In this document: in pieces, positions 20,180 to 31,908 of the stretch
Layout: the number at the start of each line of letters is the position of its first letter
Numbering within the stretch: the stretch's first letter is position 1
Assembly: GCA_963674945.2 (NCBI GenBank)
Contig: CAXXWQ010000002.1
Location: forward strand, 224,001 to 288,000
DNA length: 64,000 nucleotides
DNA from: an uncultured Desulfosarcina sp.
GTDB lineage: Bacteria > Desulfobacterota > Desulfobacteria > Desulfobacterales > Desulfosarcinaceae
Direction: 5' to 3'
The notes under the pieces: generated by a model
The model's database searches: none
Seen by the model: the letters and a program-made list of their open reading frames with translations, nothing else
Told to the model about the DNA's origin: nothing
Translations under genes and position numbers: made by a program

Positions 20180-20788
20180 ATGAGGGCCATGATACCCATT
20201 CACAGGATTGGGCTGGTTACGGCGTGGCTATTGCTGTTTTGGGTGCAACACGCATCCGCAATCTCGGCGTCATTCAAAGACGACATTTACAATCCCGGTG
20301 CGCTGAAACCCATCGACAGCGAAATTCGGGTCGCCGTCGGGGAGGAGGCGCCGGGGTTCAGCTTGCCTTCACTTTCGGGAAGCCGTGTCTCTCTTGCTCA
20401 GTTCAAAGGCAAACAAAATGTTGTGCTCTCCTTCGTGCCGGCTGCCTGGACGCCGGTGTGCTCCGACCAGTGGCCGGGTTATAATATTGCCAAATCGCTC
20501 TTCGATCAGTACGAGGCCGTTCTGCTGGGCATTACCGTGGATAATCTGCCGACCCTCTATGCCTGGACCAGGCAGATGGGACAGCTGTGGTTTCCTGTGC
20601 TCTCAGACTTCTGGCCCCATGGGAAGACCGCGGCAAAATACGGCTTGCTGCGGTCGGACGGCACCAGCGAGCGGGCCCTGATCTTCATCGACAAGCTGGG
20701 CATCATCAGGCATATTCACGTGGAAGACATCAACCGGCGCCCGAAGTTGGAAGTCATCGTCGAGGCCCTGAAGAAGCTTCAATTTTAG
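20180..20788 (+). CDS. Exported peroxiredoxin (AhpC/TSA, AhpE-like)
   Basis: Signal peptide; FVPAAWTPVC peroxidatic motif; LSDFWPHG, SERA. Confidence 0.87.
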   Translation: MRAMIPIHRIGLVTAWLLLFWVQHASAISASFKDDIYNPGALKPIDSEIRVAVGEEAPGFSLPSLSGSRVSLAQFKGKQNVVLSFVPAAWTPVCSDQWPGYNIAKSLFDQYEAVLLGITVDNLPTLYAWTRQMGQLWFPVLSDFWPHGKTAAKYGLLRSDGTSERALIFIDKLGIIRHIHVEDINRRPKLEVIVEALKKLQF

Positions 20789-21660
20789 AAATGATATGCT
20801 GGTGGTTTGAACCCCTTCTCCCGGGCCAGCAGATCGAGATGCAAGGTCGCCACCTCCTCCAACGGCAGATGCATGATGCGGTCCACCCGGCGCACATCCA
20901 CGGTTTTCAGATAGGCGTGACACCGGTTGCAGGTGTCGACGCGATACTCGGGTTCGTCCTCGTTGTAGAAGTATTGCAACGTCTTTTGCTCCCGGTTTTC
21001 ACAAAACGGGCAGAAAATCCTCTGGACGGTCCATTTGTGCCGGCAGAAATGGCATACCAGGATGCGATTGCCCTTTTCTCCCAGAATTGCCAAACCAGGT
21101 GCACTGCCGCAAACAGGGCAATCACCCTTGGACCAGGATGCGGTCTTCGGATCATTGCCAAGCAATTGGCGAACATACTCTTTGATGGAAGGTGTAACGC
21201 TGCTGTAAGCAAGAAAAGACAGCACTTCCGCCTGCACTTCGATTTCTTTAGAAAGCGCCTTCATGGGAGCACGGCTGTCGGTGACCAGTTTTTCGAAAAG
21301 CAGATCGATGCAAATGTTGTCACCATCCAACGCCTTCATGATATTGGTCACCGAATCCGCCATCGTCGGATTGGCCTTGCCGGCGATGTGGCACAAACGT
21401 TCGAGCAGGGAAGCGGAGGCGTCGCTGTCGATTGCAAACTGGCGCAGTGAGATCAAAGGAAAACCGGTCTCCAATTTTTTAGACACACCATCCTGTGGAA
21501 ATTGGATCATTGCGGGCATGATCCGATGGCTCGATTCTATCTGGGCGATCAATACCTTGCCATGAAAGTCCAGAATCTCACAGCAAGCCGGCCGAAGCCG
21601 TTTCAACATGGCGATGGCACGGTGGGTTTCCTCCGGCGTGGGAGCAACCTCTGCAGACAT
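20785..21660 (-). CDS. fdhE: Formate dehydrogenase accessory protein FdhE
   Basis: CPVCGS, CHFC..W, CPFC, C..C..YLK, LHLD; downstream of fdhAB. Confidence 0.9.
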   Translation of the reverse strand: MSAEVAPTPEETHRAIAMLKRLRPACCEILDFHGKVLIAQIESSHRIMPAMIQFPQDGVSKKLETGFPLISLRQFAIDSDASASLLERLCHIAGKANPTMADSVTNIMKALDGDNICIDLLFEKLVTDSRAPMKALSKEIEVQAEVLSFLAYSSVTPSIKEYVRQLLGNDPKTASWSKGDCPVCGSAPGLAILGEKGNRILVCHFCRHKWTVQRIFCPFCENREQKTLQYFYNEDEPEYRVDTCNRCHAYLKTVDVRRVDRIMHLPLEEVATLHLDLLAREKGFKPPAYHF

Positions 21661-21708
21661 GTTTCCTCCTTCAGCCACCTGCACGTTCCCATCTCGGGGG
21701 ATGCAGGC

Positions 21709-22428
21709 TTACACGAGGCGGGAAGATAGTTGGATCAGTGGACGCAGCATCCTCTTCAACGCCGCGTGCCTGGTAATGTCGCAGGCAGATCGTGCCGCCA
21801 CTGCATAATCATGGTACAGCCGGGGATTATACGCCGTCAGATAGATGACATTCACATCGTCTGCGTTGAGAAGTTCCGCCTTGGGGTACTTGGATTTGGC
21901 CGCGGACAATTCCCGGTTGGCCAATTCGAGCATGTCATCCCGTTCACCAAAATTCATGCAGCCCGTGGGACAAGTCTTCACACAGGCAGGCTGCAACCCG
22001 TTGGTGACCCGATCGATACACATGTCGCACTTTGCCAGGGTCCCGTCAGTACCCTTTCTGGGGATATTGTAGGGGCAAGAATCGATGATCTCGTCGGCGT
22101 CGAGGTAGCGGGTGTTGGCCGTGTAGACAATGGCACCGGTTGCCGGGTGTCTGTAGATGGCCTCCTCGTCGTTGGCGGTCTCGTAGCAGGGCGCTTCGAT
22201 ACAGTGACGACACTGATCCGGAAAGAAAAGCCACTGGATCTTGCCATCGATTATCTCCTCCTGCATGCGAACGAGTTTGTAGGTATCGAAGGAGAGATCC
22301 TGCGGATTCTGGAAACTTCCGACATTCGTGGTCTTTTCCGCTGGCAGATTATGCCATTGCTTGCAGGCGATCTGGCATCCCCTGCACGCGGTGCAAAGAA
22401 TCGTATTGATAAAAAATGATTTCGGCAT
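21709..22428 (-). CDS. fdhB: Formate dehydrogenase iron-sulfur subunit
   Basis: CTACRGCQIACK, QCRHCIEAPC, CPYNIP, KCDMC..R...PACVKTCP. Confidence 0.92.
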   Translation of the reverse strand: MPKSFFINTILCTACRGCQIACKQWHNLPAEKTTNVGSFQNPQDLSFDTYKLVRMQEEIIDGKIQWLFFPDQCRHCIEAPCYETANDEEAIYRHPATGAIVYTANTRYLDADEIIDSCPYNIPRKGTDGTLAKCDMCIDRVTNGLQPACVKTCPTGCMNFGERDDMLELANRELSAAKSKYPKAELLNADDVNVIYLTAYNPRLYHDYAVAARSACDITRHAALKRMLRPLIQLSSRLV

Positions 22429-22442
22429 TTTGGATCACCTCC

Positions 22443-25400
22443 TCAAATTTTGGTTACATTGACCATAAAGGCTTTGGTTTCGGGGATACGGGTATTGGGA
22501 TCGCCGGTGGATGGCGTCAGCAGATTTGCCGAATCGCCTCCGTCTTCCGGATGCACCCAGCCGTAGTGCCAGGGAAGGCCGACCTGGTGAACCGGGATGC
22601 CCTGTACCTGGAAGGGCCGGAAACGATGGGTCACAATCGCCACCGCTTTCAATTCTCCCCGGGCGGACGTTACCATTACCATTTCGCCGTTTTGAATGCC
22701 CCTTAAATCGGCCAGCTCATGACTCATCTCCACGAACATCTGTGGCTGGGTCTCCAGGAGCCATGGCTGCCACCGCGTCATCACACCCGTCTGCCAGTGT
22801 TCACTGACCCGGTAGGTCGTCGCCACGAAAGGAAATCTTGGATCGCAGGTCTTGTAAACATCCATCTCGGTGCCGTATTTGGGCGCCGTGGGGTTGGTCA
22901 ACTGGCTGGACAGCAGGTTTTTTTCCACCGGACATTCAATGGGCTCGTAATGCTCGGGAAAGGGTCCGTCCGCTCTGCCCGGCCCGAAAATATGGGCGTG
23001 GCCTTCGGGTTTCATGATGAAGGGATAACGGGTGTTGGGATTGGGCGTGCCGTCCGGGTTCAGCATGGGCGGCCAGCCGCCGTCGGGCACGTCTCCAACC
23101 CAACCGCCTTTGCCGCCTTTGGCCGCCGGATCCCATTGGATCACCGGTTGCTCCGAATCCCATGGTTTGCCGTACATGTCTACGGAGGCTCTGTTGTAAA
23201 TGATTCTTCGGTTGACCGGCCAGCACCAGGCCCATTCAAGGTTCAGTCCAATGCCGGACTTTTCGCGGGTGCGTCTGGCCGCCATATTGCCCTTGCTCGT
23301 GTAGGAGTTGCAGTACAGCCAGTTGGCGCTGCTTGTGGTGCCGTCATCCTGCAGATAGGCAAAACTGGGTACGAGATCCCCCTTTTTGAACGCTTCTCCT
23401 TTGATGGTTACGTCTTTCTGGAAATAGCCGTTGATCTCCTTGGCCATTTTGTGGGAATCGAAATGGCCTCCGGTCGTATAGTCCCATTTCAAGTTGAGGA
23501 TCGGTTCCGGAAAAACAGGCGCCTTGCCTTGTTTGAGATCATTTTTGTAGAGCCATTTCACCATGCGCATCAGTTCCACCAGGATTTCACCGTCCGGTTT
23601 GGCTTCTCCCGGCGGTTGTGCGGCCTTGTAGCGCCATTGGCTCCACCGGCCGCTGTTGGTGATGGAGCCCTCTTTCTCCACCGAGGCGGCACAGGGCAGC
23701 ATGAAGACCTCGGTCTTGATGCTCTCAGGATCCATACCGGGTCCCCTCCAGAACGAGCCGGTTTCGTTGTCGAAAAGATTGACGTTGACCAGCCAGTCGA
23801 GATTCGCCAACGCCTTTCTGGTCTTGTTGGCATTGGCGCCCGAGGCTGCGGGATTCTGGCCCCAAGCGAATAATCCGGTGAACTGGTTTTTGTACATGGC
23901 ATCGAAAATATCCAGCCATGAATAGGTTTTGCCGGCATCCAGTTTCGGCATCCAGTCGTAGCCAAAATCGTTGTCCGGCGTGGCGTTGTCGCCGAAATAA
24001 GACTTGAGCAGACTCACCATATATTTGGGTTCGTTCTGCCACCAGTTGGCACTCAACGGATCGGCGCTCTTGGGACGACGGTTGAGATAATCTTTCAGGC
24101 TAGGCCAGTTGGTGCTAGGTGTCGCCAGGTAGCCGGGCCAGATGTGAAAGAGAATGCAGTGATCGGTGGATCCCTGCACGTTGGATTCTCCCCGCAGGGC
24201 GTTCACCCCACCTCCCGCGACGCCCATGTTTCCAAGAAGCAGCTGGATGATGGCCATGGTGCGGATATTCTGAACCCCTACGGTGTGCTGGGTCCATCCC
24301 ATGGCATACATGATCGTTCCAGCCTTGCCTTTTTCTCCCGTGGCGGAGTAGATTTCATAAATTTTCTTCAGATCTTTTTTGGGGGTTCCCGTCGTGGCGG
24401 AGACGGTGTCCAGATCGTAGCGACTGAAATGGGTTTTCAGCTGCTGAAAAACACAACGGGGATCCTGGAGGGTGTGATCCTTCAAGGGAAGTCCGTCGGC
24501 ATCCATGTTGAAAGACCACTTCTTCTTATCGTATTTACGGGTTTTCGGATCATAGCCGGAGAACAGGCCGTCGTCGAAGGCATACGCGTCGCCCAAAATA
24601 AAAGCGGCGTTGGTATACTGGGAGACGTATTCCTTGAAATACTTCTCGTTTTCGATGATGTATTTGATCATGCCACCCAAAAAGGCGATATCGGTGCCCG
24701 ATCTCAATGGGGCGTAAATGTCGGATTTGGATGAAGACCGGGTGAAACGGGGGTCGACATTGATGAGTTGTGCCCCCCGCCGCATCGCTTCGTTGATCCA
24801 TTTAAAAGAGATGGGATGGTTTTCCGCCGCGTTGGAACCCATGATCATGATGGCATCGCTGTTTCGAATATCGATCCAGTGATTGGTCATTGCGCCGCGT
24901 CCGAACGACTCTGCCAGAGCCGCAACCGTTGCGCTGTGTCAGATCCGGGCCTGGTGTTCGATATACACCAGCCCAAGTGACCGCATCATCGCCTGAACGA
25001 GCCAGCACTCTTCGTTGTCCAGCGCGGCGCTGCCCACCTCGGCGATTCCATCGGTGCGATTGACCACTTGGCCCTTTGCGTTCTTGTGGGTGAAACTTTT
25101 GTCCCGGCTGGACTTGATCCGTTGGGCAATGGTCCACAGTGCCCAGTCCCATGACACCTTCCGCCAACTGTTACCGTATGGCTTTCGGTACAATGGCATG
25201 GTCAGACGATTCTCGTTATTGACCAGTTGACGTAAGGCGGCTCCCTTGGAACAAAGCGCCCCCTCGTTGATGGGATGGTCCGGGTCACCCTCAATATTGA
25301 TCACCCTTCCTGCCCCGGTAAGCCCCGTATGCACGATGGCACCGCATCCTACGGCACAATAGCAGCATATGGTCGTCGTCTCACGTGCATACTTCGTCTT

Positions 25401-25514
25401 CAGCATCTGCGCGTGGGCCCTGACCGGTTTGAGATCGAATCCCAGGCTACTCACGGCAACGCCTGCGGCGGTTGCACCAGAGATCTGAATGAATTGTCTC
25501 CGATTTACATTCAT
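22443..25514 (-). CDS. fdhA: Selenocysteine-containing formate dehydrogenase alpha subunit (Mo/W-bisPGD), Tat-exported
   Basis: Two track ORFs join in frame across TGA 24939-24941 (EHQARI-U-HSATVAALAESFGRGAMTNHW); Tat motif NRRQF; CCYCAVGC; LRGESNVQG. Confidence 0.95.
24905..24923 (-). promoter_or_regulatory. Bacterial SECIS hairpin
   Basis: GCGGCUCU-GGC-AGAGUCGU stem-loop starts 15 nt 3' of the in-frame UGA. Confidence 0.8.
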
Positions 25515-25821
25515 CTTGCCTCCTTTCCATGCCTACGTGATGTATGGTTGTTATTCGCGGCCATCGTTACCGATAACAGGCAACGATAGAAGCAAGCCTA
25601 TTTGCATTTGAAATTGCGCCCGCACATCAACAGACACAAATGGCATGTCAGCAGCGATAGAGGATGGGGTAAGACGAAAACAAGAGCGCGAACACTTCGA
25701 TAGGAATAAAAATCGCCGGTACAGTTGGCAGGAGACTCAACGCACTTTGTAGCAAAAACTTGAAAATCGGATGATGGATACTGCTTCTGTAGTTGTTAAA
25801 TCGGAAGATGCGTTTTAACAG

Positions 25822-25852
25822 ATTATATGCCGAAATCTTGATAGGTTGTCAA
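25822..25852 (-). promoter_or_regulatory. Putative sigma-70 promoter of fdhA
   Basis: TTGACA-19 nt-TATAAT about 300 nt upstream of fdhA. Confidence 0.45.
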
Positions 25853-25937
25853 GGAACCATCGGCGCAACATCAAGGCAACCGTATTTGGCGGATTCATAA
25901 AGGATCATATTATCCTGTTCGTTCCGGTTGGAATGAA

Positions 25938-26963
25938 TCACGAGTCGTTTCGATTGCCTGTAAACATAGCAGCCATGACCTTTTCGTACCAGCCGGAAAG
26001 TCGCCATCCATTCACGAATCCGTTATGGCCGCCATGGTGCTGAACCACCAGGTGGACCGTCTTGCTTTCTCCGGTTTTGTAGAAATCCCCGATGGGGATG
26101 ATGGGATCATCCCGGGCGGTGATAATGGTGGTAGGAACGCGAATGTTTTTGATATTGGAATTGGTGATGGTGTAGTCGTTGAAATAGGCCTTTGCATCGT
26201 CATAGTCACTGTACCTTGCCAAAAGCCGCTCGGTCATTTCGCGGATGCTGTTCAATTGCATCATTGAGGAAAAGTCGTATCGGTCGGGAAATCGCTTTTG
26301 TTTGATCCGAAGGGACCGTCGCCACTTTTTCAGAAAATAGTAGCAGATGAATCGGGTTTTATCGATACGGTCCGTGGTTTTTTCCGGGTCCAGTACCGGA
26401 CTGATGCTCACCACCTGTTTCAATCCCTCGATGGGCAAGGTGGCACAACGTCGGGCGATGCGCAGGGCGAAATTGCCACCCAGGGAAAAACCGGCGAGGA
26501 ACACCGGGTGTGGGGCGGCTATTCCGGCTACCTGGCGGATGGCATCGAACACCTCATCCAGTAAAACGGCGTAGAACATGCCGGTGTTCAGATGATGGCT
26601 GGGGCCATGGTCCCGAAGGTTGAGTCGAAACACATCGAAACCGCAATTAAACAGGAAACGTCCGGTGGTTCGAATATAGGTGGAATCCGAGCTGCCTTCC
26701 CATCCGTGAAGCAGGATGACCACGCCATTGTGATGGGGACGGGGATGGCGGCTCATGTATCCCAACAGGCGGACGTCATTTTCGGTGGTGAGGATCGTTT
26801 CCCGGGAAGCAGTCACCATCGGGTTCCCTCCCAGGGCCCGAAAACGGCTGCTGGCCAGAATGGTCTGGATGGCAGGTGGTCTCAGGAAAAACGGCGGGCG
26901 AAACGGATCCCAATGCGTGTCGGCCGCAAGGGTGTTCGTTTGCGCGTTGTCGTTGTCCATCAT
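25938..26963 (-). CDS. Alpha/beta hydrolase (YheT-like)
   Basis: LHGWEGSS, GFSLGGN nucleophile elbow, DDPII, GGHNGF. Confidence 0.9.
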   Translation of the reverse strand: MMDNDNAQTNTLAADTHWDPFRPPFFLRPPAIQTILASSRFRALGGNPMVTASRETILTTENDVRLLGYMSRHPRPHHNGVVILLHGWEGSSDSTYIRTTGRFLFNCGFDVFRLNLRDHGPSHHLNTGMFYAVLLDEVFDAIRQVAGIAAPHPVFLAGFSLGGNFALRIARRCATLPIEGLKQVVSISPVLDPEKTTDRIDKTRFICYYFLKKWRRSLRIKQKRFPDRYDFSSMMQLNSIREMTERLLARYSDYDDAKAYFNDYTITNSNIKNIRVPTTIITARDDPIIPIGDFYKTGESKTVHLVVQHHGGHNGFVNGWRLSGWYEKVMAAMFTGNRNDS

Positions 26964-27232
26964 CCGGCACCCAGTTTCTTCAGGGCGGCGGCCATCTCTT
27001 CTTCGGATATGCGTTTGAGCATCCGCTGCGTGCACCGGGGGCACCGGCTTCCCGTAAGATCTTCACGGGTGCGGGTGAGATGGCCGCAGTTCATGCACTG
27101 CCATGGATCACCGGCGTTCTTATCCCTCGCGGTGGCACTGATCAGTGGCGCCATGCAGGCCTGGATGGCCGTCAGCGAGAAAAAACCCAACATGCCCGAT
27201 ACGATCTTTTTCACAAAATTCCGTCGTGTCAT
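26960..27232 (-). CDS. Small Tat-signal (lipo)protein with rubredoxin-like zinc ribbon
   Basis: MTRRNFVK twin-arginine motif, IQAC, WQCMNCGH...CPRC. Confidence 0.7.
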   Translation of the reverse strand: MTRRNFVKKIVSGMLGFFSLTAIQACMAPLISATARDKNAGDPWQCMNCGHLTRTREDLTGSRCPRCTQRMLKRISEEEMAAALKKLGAG

Positions 27233-27238
27233 AGAAAC

Positions 27239-27395
27239 CTCGTAACCCTTAAAATGGATATGACAGAAAACAAGCTGTGCGCGATTAGCAGCATGATTTT
27301 TAAAATGGCTGAAATTCTGCATGTAAACCAATGGGTGGTTGTTTGAAACAACCGATAGATGCCCGGCACATAAATGCTATCAGCTCATTGCTAAG
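27239..27395. repeat. Element family A, copy 2 (inverted)
   Basis: Reverse complement aligns by eye with 4612-4762, including the terminal GTTACGAG. Confidence 0.6.
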
Positions 27396-27752
27396 AGCTC
27401 ACCTTACCAGCCCTGGAAATCACAGGTCAACAACCAACGCGACCAGGCCCTTCTTCTAAGGAACTCGGTCATTATTACAAATTAAAAAAATTTAATAAAA
27501 AGCGTTTCCCATTCAATTCATCGACCCAAAAATACAAAAAACGCGCTTCTTTCGTACTACTGTTTTGCCATCGTTGGCCTGGAAAAGCTATTTGGCAAGA
27601 CGGCATTTCTATTGACAGAAACACGATTTTCGACGTACAAGCCAACGTTGAGGAACCGGTTATCATATCCGTATCGTCAACCCATGCCTGCGGATGGAGG
27701 GTGGTCGGAAACTGGCGGCCCGGATCACATTTTCACCAAGGAGGAACCTTAC

Positions 27753-29129
27753 ATGAAAGCGAGAAGCATACTTCTGACCAAAGACGAGATCCCGAAAAAG
27801 TGGTACAATATTCTGGCCGACATCAAATTGAATCCGCCCCTGGGACCCGATGGAAATCCTGTGTCGCCGGATATGCTGGCTCCGGTGTTTCCCATGAATC
27901 TTATCGAGCAGGAGGTGAGTTCGGATCGGTGGATCGACATCCCGGAACCGGTGTTGGATGTACTGGCCCTCTGGCGGCCTTCGCCCTTGACGCGCGCGAC
28001 GGCTTTCGAGAAAGCGTTGGATACGCCTGCGAAGATCTACTACAAACACGAAGGGATGAGCCCCCCGGGCAGTCACAAACCCAACACGGCCGTTCCTCAG
28101 GCGTACTATAATAAAATTTTCGGTATCGAAAACATCACCACCGAGACCGGTGCCGGTCAATGGGGCAGTGCCCTCTCTTTCGCGTGTGCACAGTACGGGT
28201 TGAACTGCAAGGTCTACATGGTGAGAATCAGTTTCGATCAAAAACCCTATCGCAAAGCCATGATGGAAACTTGGGGTGGAAAGTGCATTGCCTCGCCCAG
28301 CAGTGAAACCAAAGCCGGTCGAGAGGCGTTGGAGAGAGATCCCGATACGCCCGGCAGCCTGGGCATCGCCATCTCCGAGGCCGTTGAGGCCGCGGTCAGC
28401 GATACCAGCGGGAAAACCCGGTACTCTTTGGGCAGCGTCCTCAACCACGTCATGCTCCACCAGACCGTCATCGGCTTGGAAGCCAAAAAGCAATTTGAGA
28501 TTGCCGGCGAATACCCGGACATCGTCATCGGTTGCGCCGGAGGCGGCAGCAACTTCGCCGGCCTGGCCTTTCCCTTCGTTCTGGACAAGATCAATGGCAA
28601 ATCCATCGAGATTTATCCGGTGGAGCCCAAGGCCTGTCCTTCCATGACCCGGGCACCTTTTGCCTATGATCACGGTGATACCGCCGGTTACACGCCTCTT
28701 TTGCCCATGCACAGCCTCGGACACAATTTTGTGCCGGCGCCTATCCATGCTGGAGGATTACGGTATCACGGCATGGCGCCCACGGTCAGCCAGTTGGCCA
28801 ACGAGGGGTTGATCACACCCAAATCGGTGGGCCAGATGGCTTCCTATGAGGCCGGTGTCCTCTGGGCCCGCACCGAAGGGTTTATCCCCGCACCGGAAAC
28901 CACAAACGCCCTGGCCCAGGTGGTGGCGGAAGCGAAGCTGGCCAAAGAAGAGGGCAAGGAGAAAACCATCGTGGTCAACTTCAGCGGACACGGCCTTCTT
29001 GACTTAGGGGCTTACGAAAAATATTTCTCGGGAGAACTCTTCGATTATACACTGGATGATGCCGATATCGAGAAATCCACAGAAGTTCTCAAGAACTACC
29101 CCAAACCGCAGGACTTAAAGAGTATCTGA
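27753..29129 (+). CDS. trpB2: Tryptophan synthase beta-like protein TrpB2
   Basis: [54 protein letters not shown]. Confidence 0.93.
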   Translation: MKARSILLTKDEIPKKWYNILADIKLNPPLGPDGNPVSPDMLAPVFPMNLIEQEVSSDRWIDIPEPVLDVLALWRPSPLTRATAFEKALDTPAKIYYKHEGMSPPGSHKPNTAVPQAYYNKIFGIENITTETGAGQWGSALSFACAQYGLNCKVYMVRISFDQKPYRKAMMETWGGKCIASPSSETKAGREALERDPDTPGSLGIAISEAVEAAVSDTSGKTRYSLGSVLNHVMLHQTVIGLEAKKQFEIAGEYPDIVIGCAGGGSNFAGLAFPFVLDKINGKSIEIYPVEPKACPSMTRAPFAYDHGDTAGYTPLLPMHSLGHNFVPAPIHAGGLRYHGMAPTVSQLANEGLITPKSVGQMASYEAGVLWARTEGFIPAPETTNALAQVVAEAKLAKEEGKEKTIVVNFSGHGLLDLGAYEKYFSGELFDYTLDDADIEKSTEVLKNYPKPQDLKSI

Positions 29130-29395
29130 TGGAACCCGATGGTCTCGAACGCAGATGTCCCCGACTGGGCGGCGAAGTAAATTTTGGTTACTGCCAGACT
29201 TGCGGTGAGAATCGAATCCCCTGTTTTAAGATCTTCGACTGTTGGTGGGAACGTTTTGATGTTGTGGCTTATTTGAAGGCCCACCTTTCCCCAAAAGCCT
29301 TCGAATCCCTATCCAAAAGCACCCGCCCGCCGGACAAGGTGGCCAGCCTGGTGGATCTGATACAACAGGCCCAGAAGAGGGCGGAAACGAAGTAA
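29129..29395 (+). CDS. Small Cys-rich hypothetical protein
   Basis: RRCPRLGGEV.F.YC....PC..I.DCWW; start overlaps the trpB2 stop. Confidence 0.75.
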   Translation: MEPDGLERRCPRLGGEVNFGYCQTCGENRIPCFKIFDCWWERFDVVAYLKAHLSPKAFESLSKSTRPPDKVASLVDLIQQAQKRAETK

Positions 29396-29463
29396 TATAC
29401 GGGTGAAGACGGCCTGCCTTTTTGTTCTCCATGGAAGGGGATACGCTGCGGGCGCGGGAAATT

Positions 29464-29587
29464 ACAGGAGACAGAAGCCAGAATTCAGGAGTCAGAAGAA
29501 TATTGAAGTCGCTTCGCTCCGTCGATTGGATAAGAGGGATCTATCCGAAGGCGGATACCTTATTCTGGATTCTGACTCCTGGATTCT
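29464..29587. repeat. Heptamer-armed palindromic element family B, copy 1
   Basis: Arms agaattcaggagtcagaa / ttctgactcctggattct; core gtcgcttcgctcc..ccgaaggcg is shared with 54223-54345. Confidence 0.8.
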
Positions 29588-29659
29588 CGTGGCAATTCTA
29601 CAGTAGAAATATTTATTTTTTGATTTAGCCCAGAGAAATTAGTTTTTTTTGACCGAAAA

Positions 29660-29707
29660 AGAAAAGCCATACCCACCCATTGAAGAATGGGTGGGTATGG
29701 CTTTTCT
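29660..29707 (-). terminator. Rho-independent terminator of groEL, possibly bidirectional
   Basis: Perfect 22-bp stem agaaaagccatacccacccatt/aatgggtgggtatggcttttct with T-tracts. Confidence 0.85.
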
Positions 29708-29725
29708 ACTTACAGACGATACTGA

Positions 29726-31357
<1,632 letters not shown>

Positions 31358-31645
31358 TTATCCGATTACTCCCAAAATATCGTCCTCACGCATAAAAAGG
31401 TGTTCCACATTATCGATCTTGATTTCGGTTCCGGCATACTTGGAAAAGAGTACCCGGTCACCGGTCTTGACATCCATGGGCACCCGGTTTCCTTTTTCGT
31501 CGCACTTTCCGGGACCGGTCGCCACCACTTTGCCTTCCATGGGTTTTTCTTTCGCCGTGTCCGGGATGATGATACCGCCGGCCGTTTTCTTTTCCTCTTC
31601 CTGGCGAACAACAAGAATTCTGTCATTCAAGGGCCTTACCTTCAT
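31358..31645 (-). CDS. groES: Co-chaperonin GroES
   Basis: [30 protein letters not shown]. Confidence 0.98.
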   Translation of the reverse strand: MKVRPLNDRILVVRQEEEKKTAGGIIIPDTAKEKPMEGKVVATGPGKCDEKGNRVPMDVKTGDRVLFSKYAGTEIKIDNVEHLFMREDDILGVIG

Positions 31646-31803
31646 TGATGCCTCCTACACGTGTTGCAGTTATCGGTCAAATATCCCGTTGGCGGCTTCG
31701 ATTCCGCCATCCGGTCCTTGTCAGATCGCTCGTTTTAAAAAAAAGTCTGTCCCCGAAATGGGGAAGGGATGGTGCAAGGTCAGCGTTACATTGACGTAGC
31801 GGA

Positions 31804-31831
31804 AATTTAATTCGAAAATTGTCGTTGTCAA
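31804..31831 (-). promoter_or_regulatory. Putative sigma-70 promoter of groES
   Basis: TTGACA-16 nt-TAAATT. Confidence 0.45.
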
Positions 31832-31908
31832 GGCAGACGAGAAAAAAAATTAGTAAAACAAATACAGATGGTTATTGTACGTTGTAGGTCGCTGCGGCGG
31901 TAGGCGAG

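Noticed and set aside
24939..24941. fdhA as a pseudogene
   Set aside because: The UGA is at the catalytic Sec position with a SECIS hairpin downstream.
25515..25800. Moco/Wco riboswitch upstream of fdhA
   Set aside because: Only UGGAAAGGAG is present, which is explained as the SD; other conserved elements were not found.
29464..29587. CRISPR array
   Set aside because: Units are 7-mers in inverted arms, with no repeat-spacer periodicity and no cas genes.
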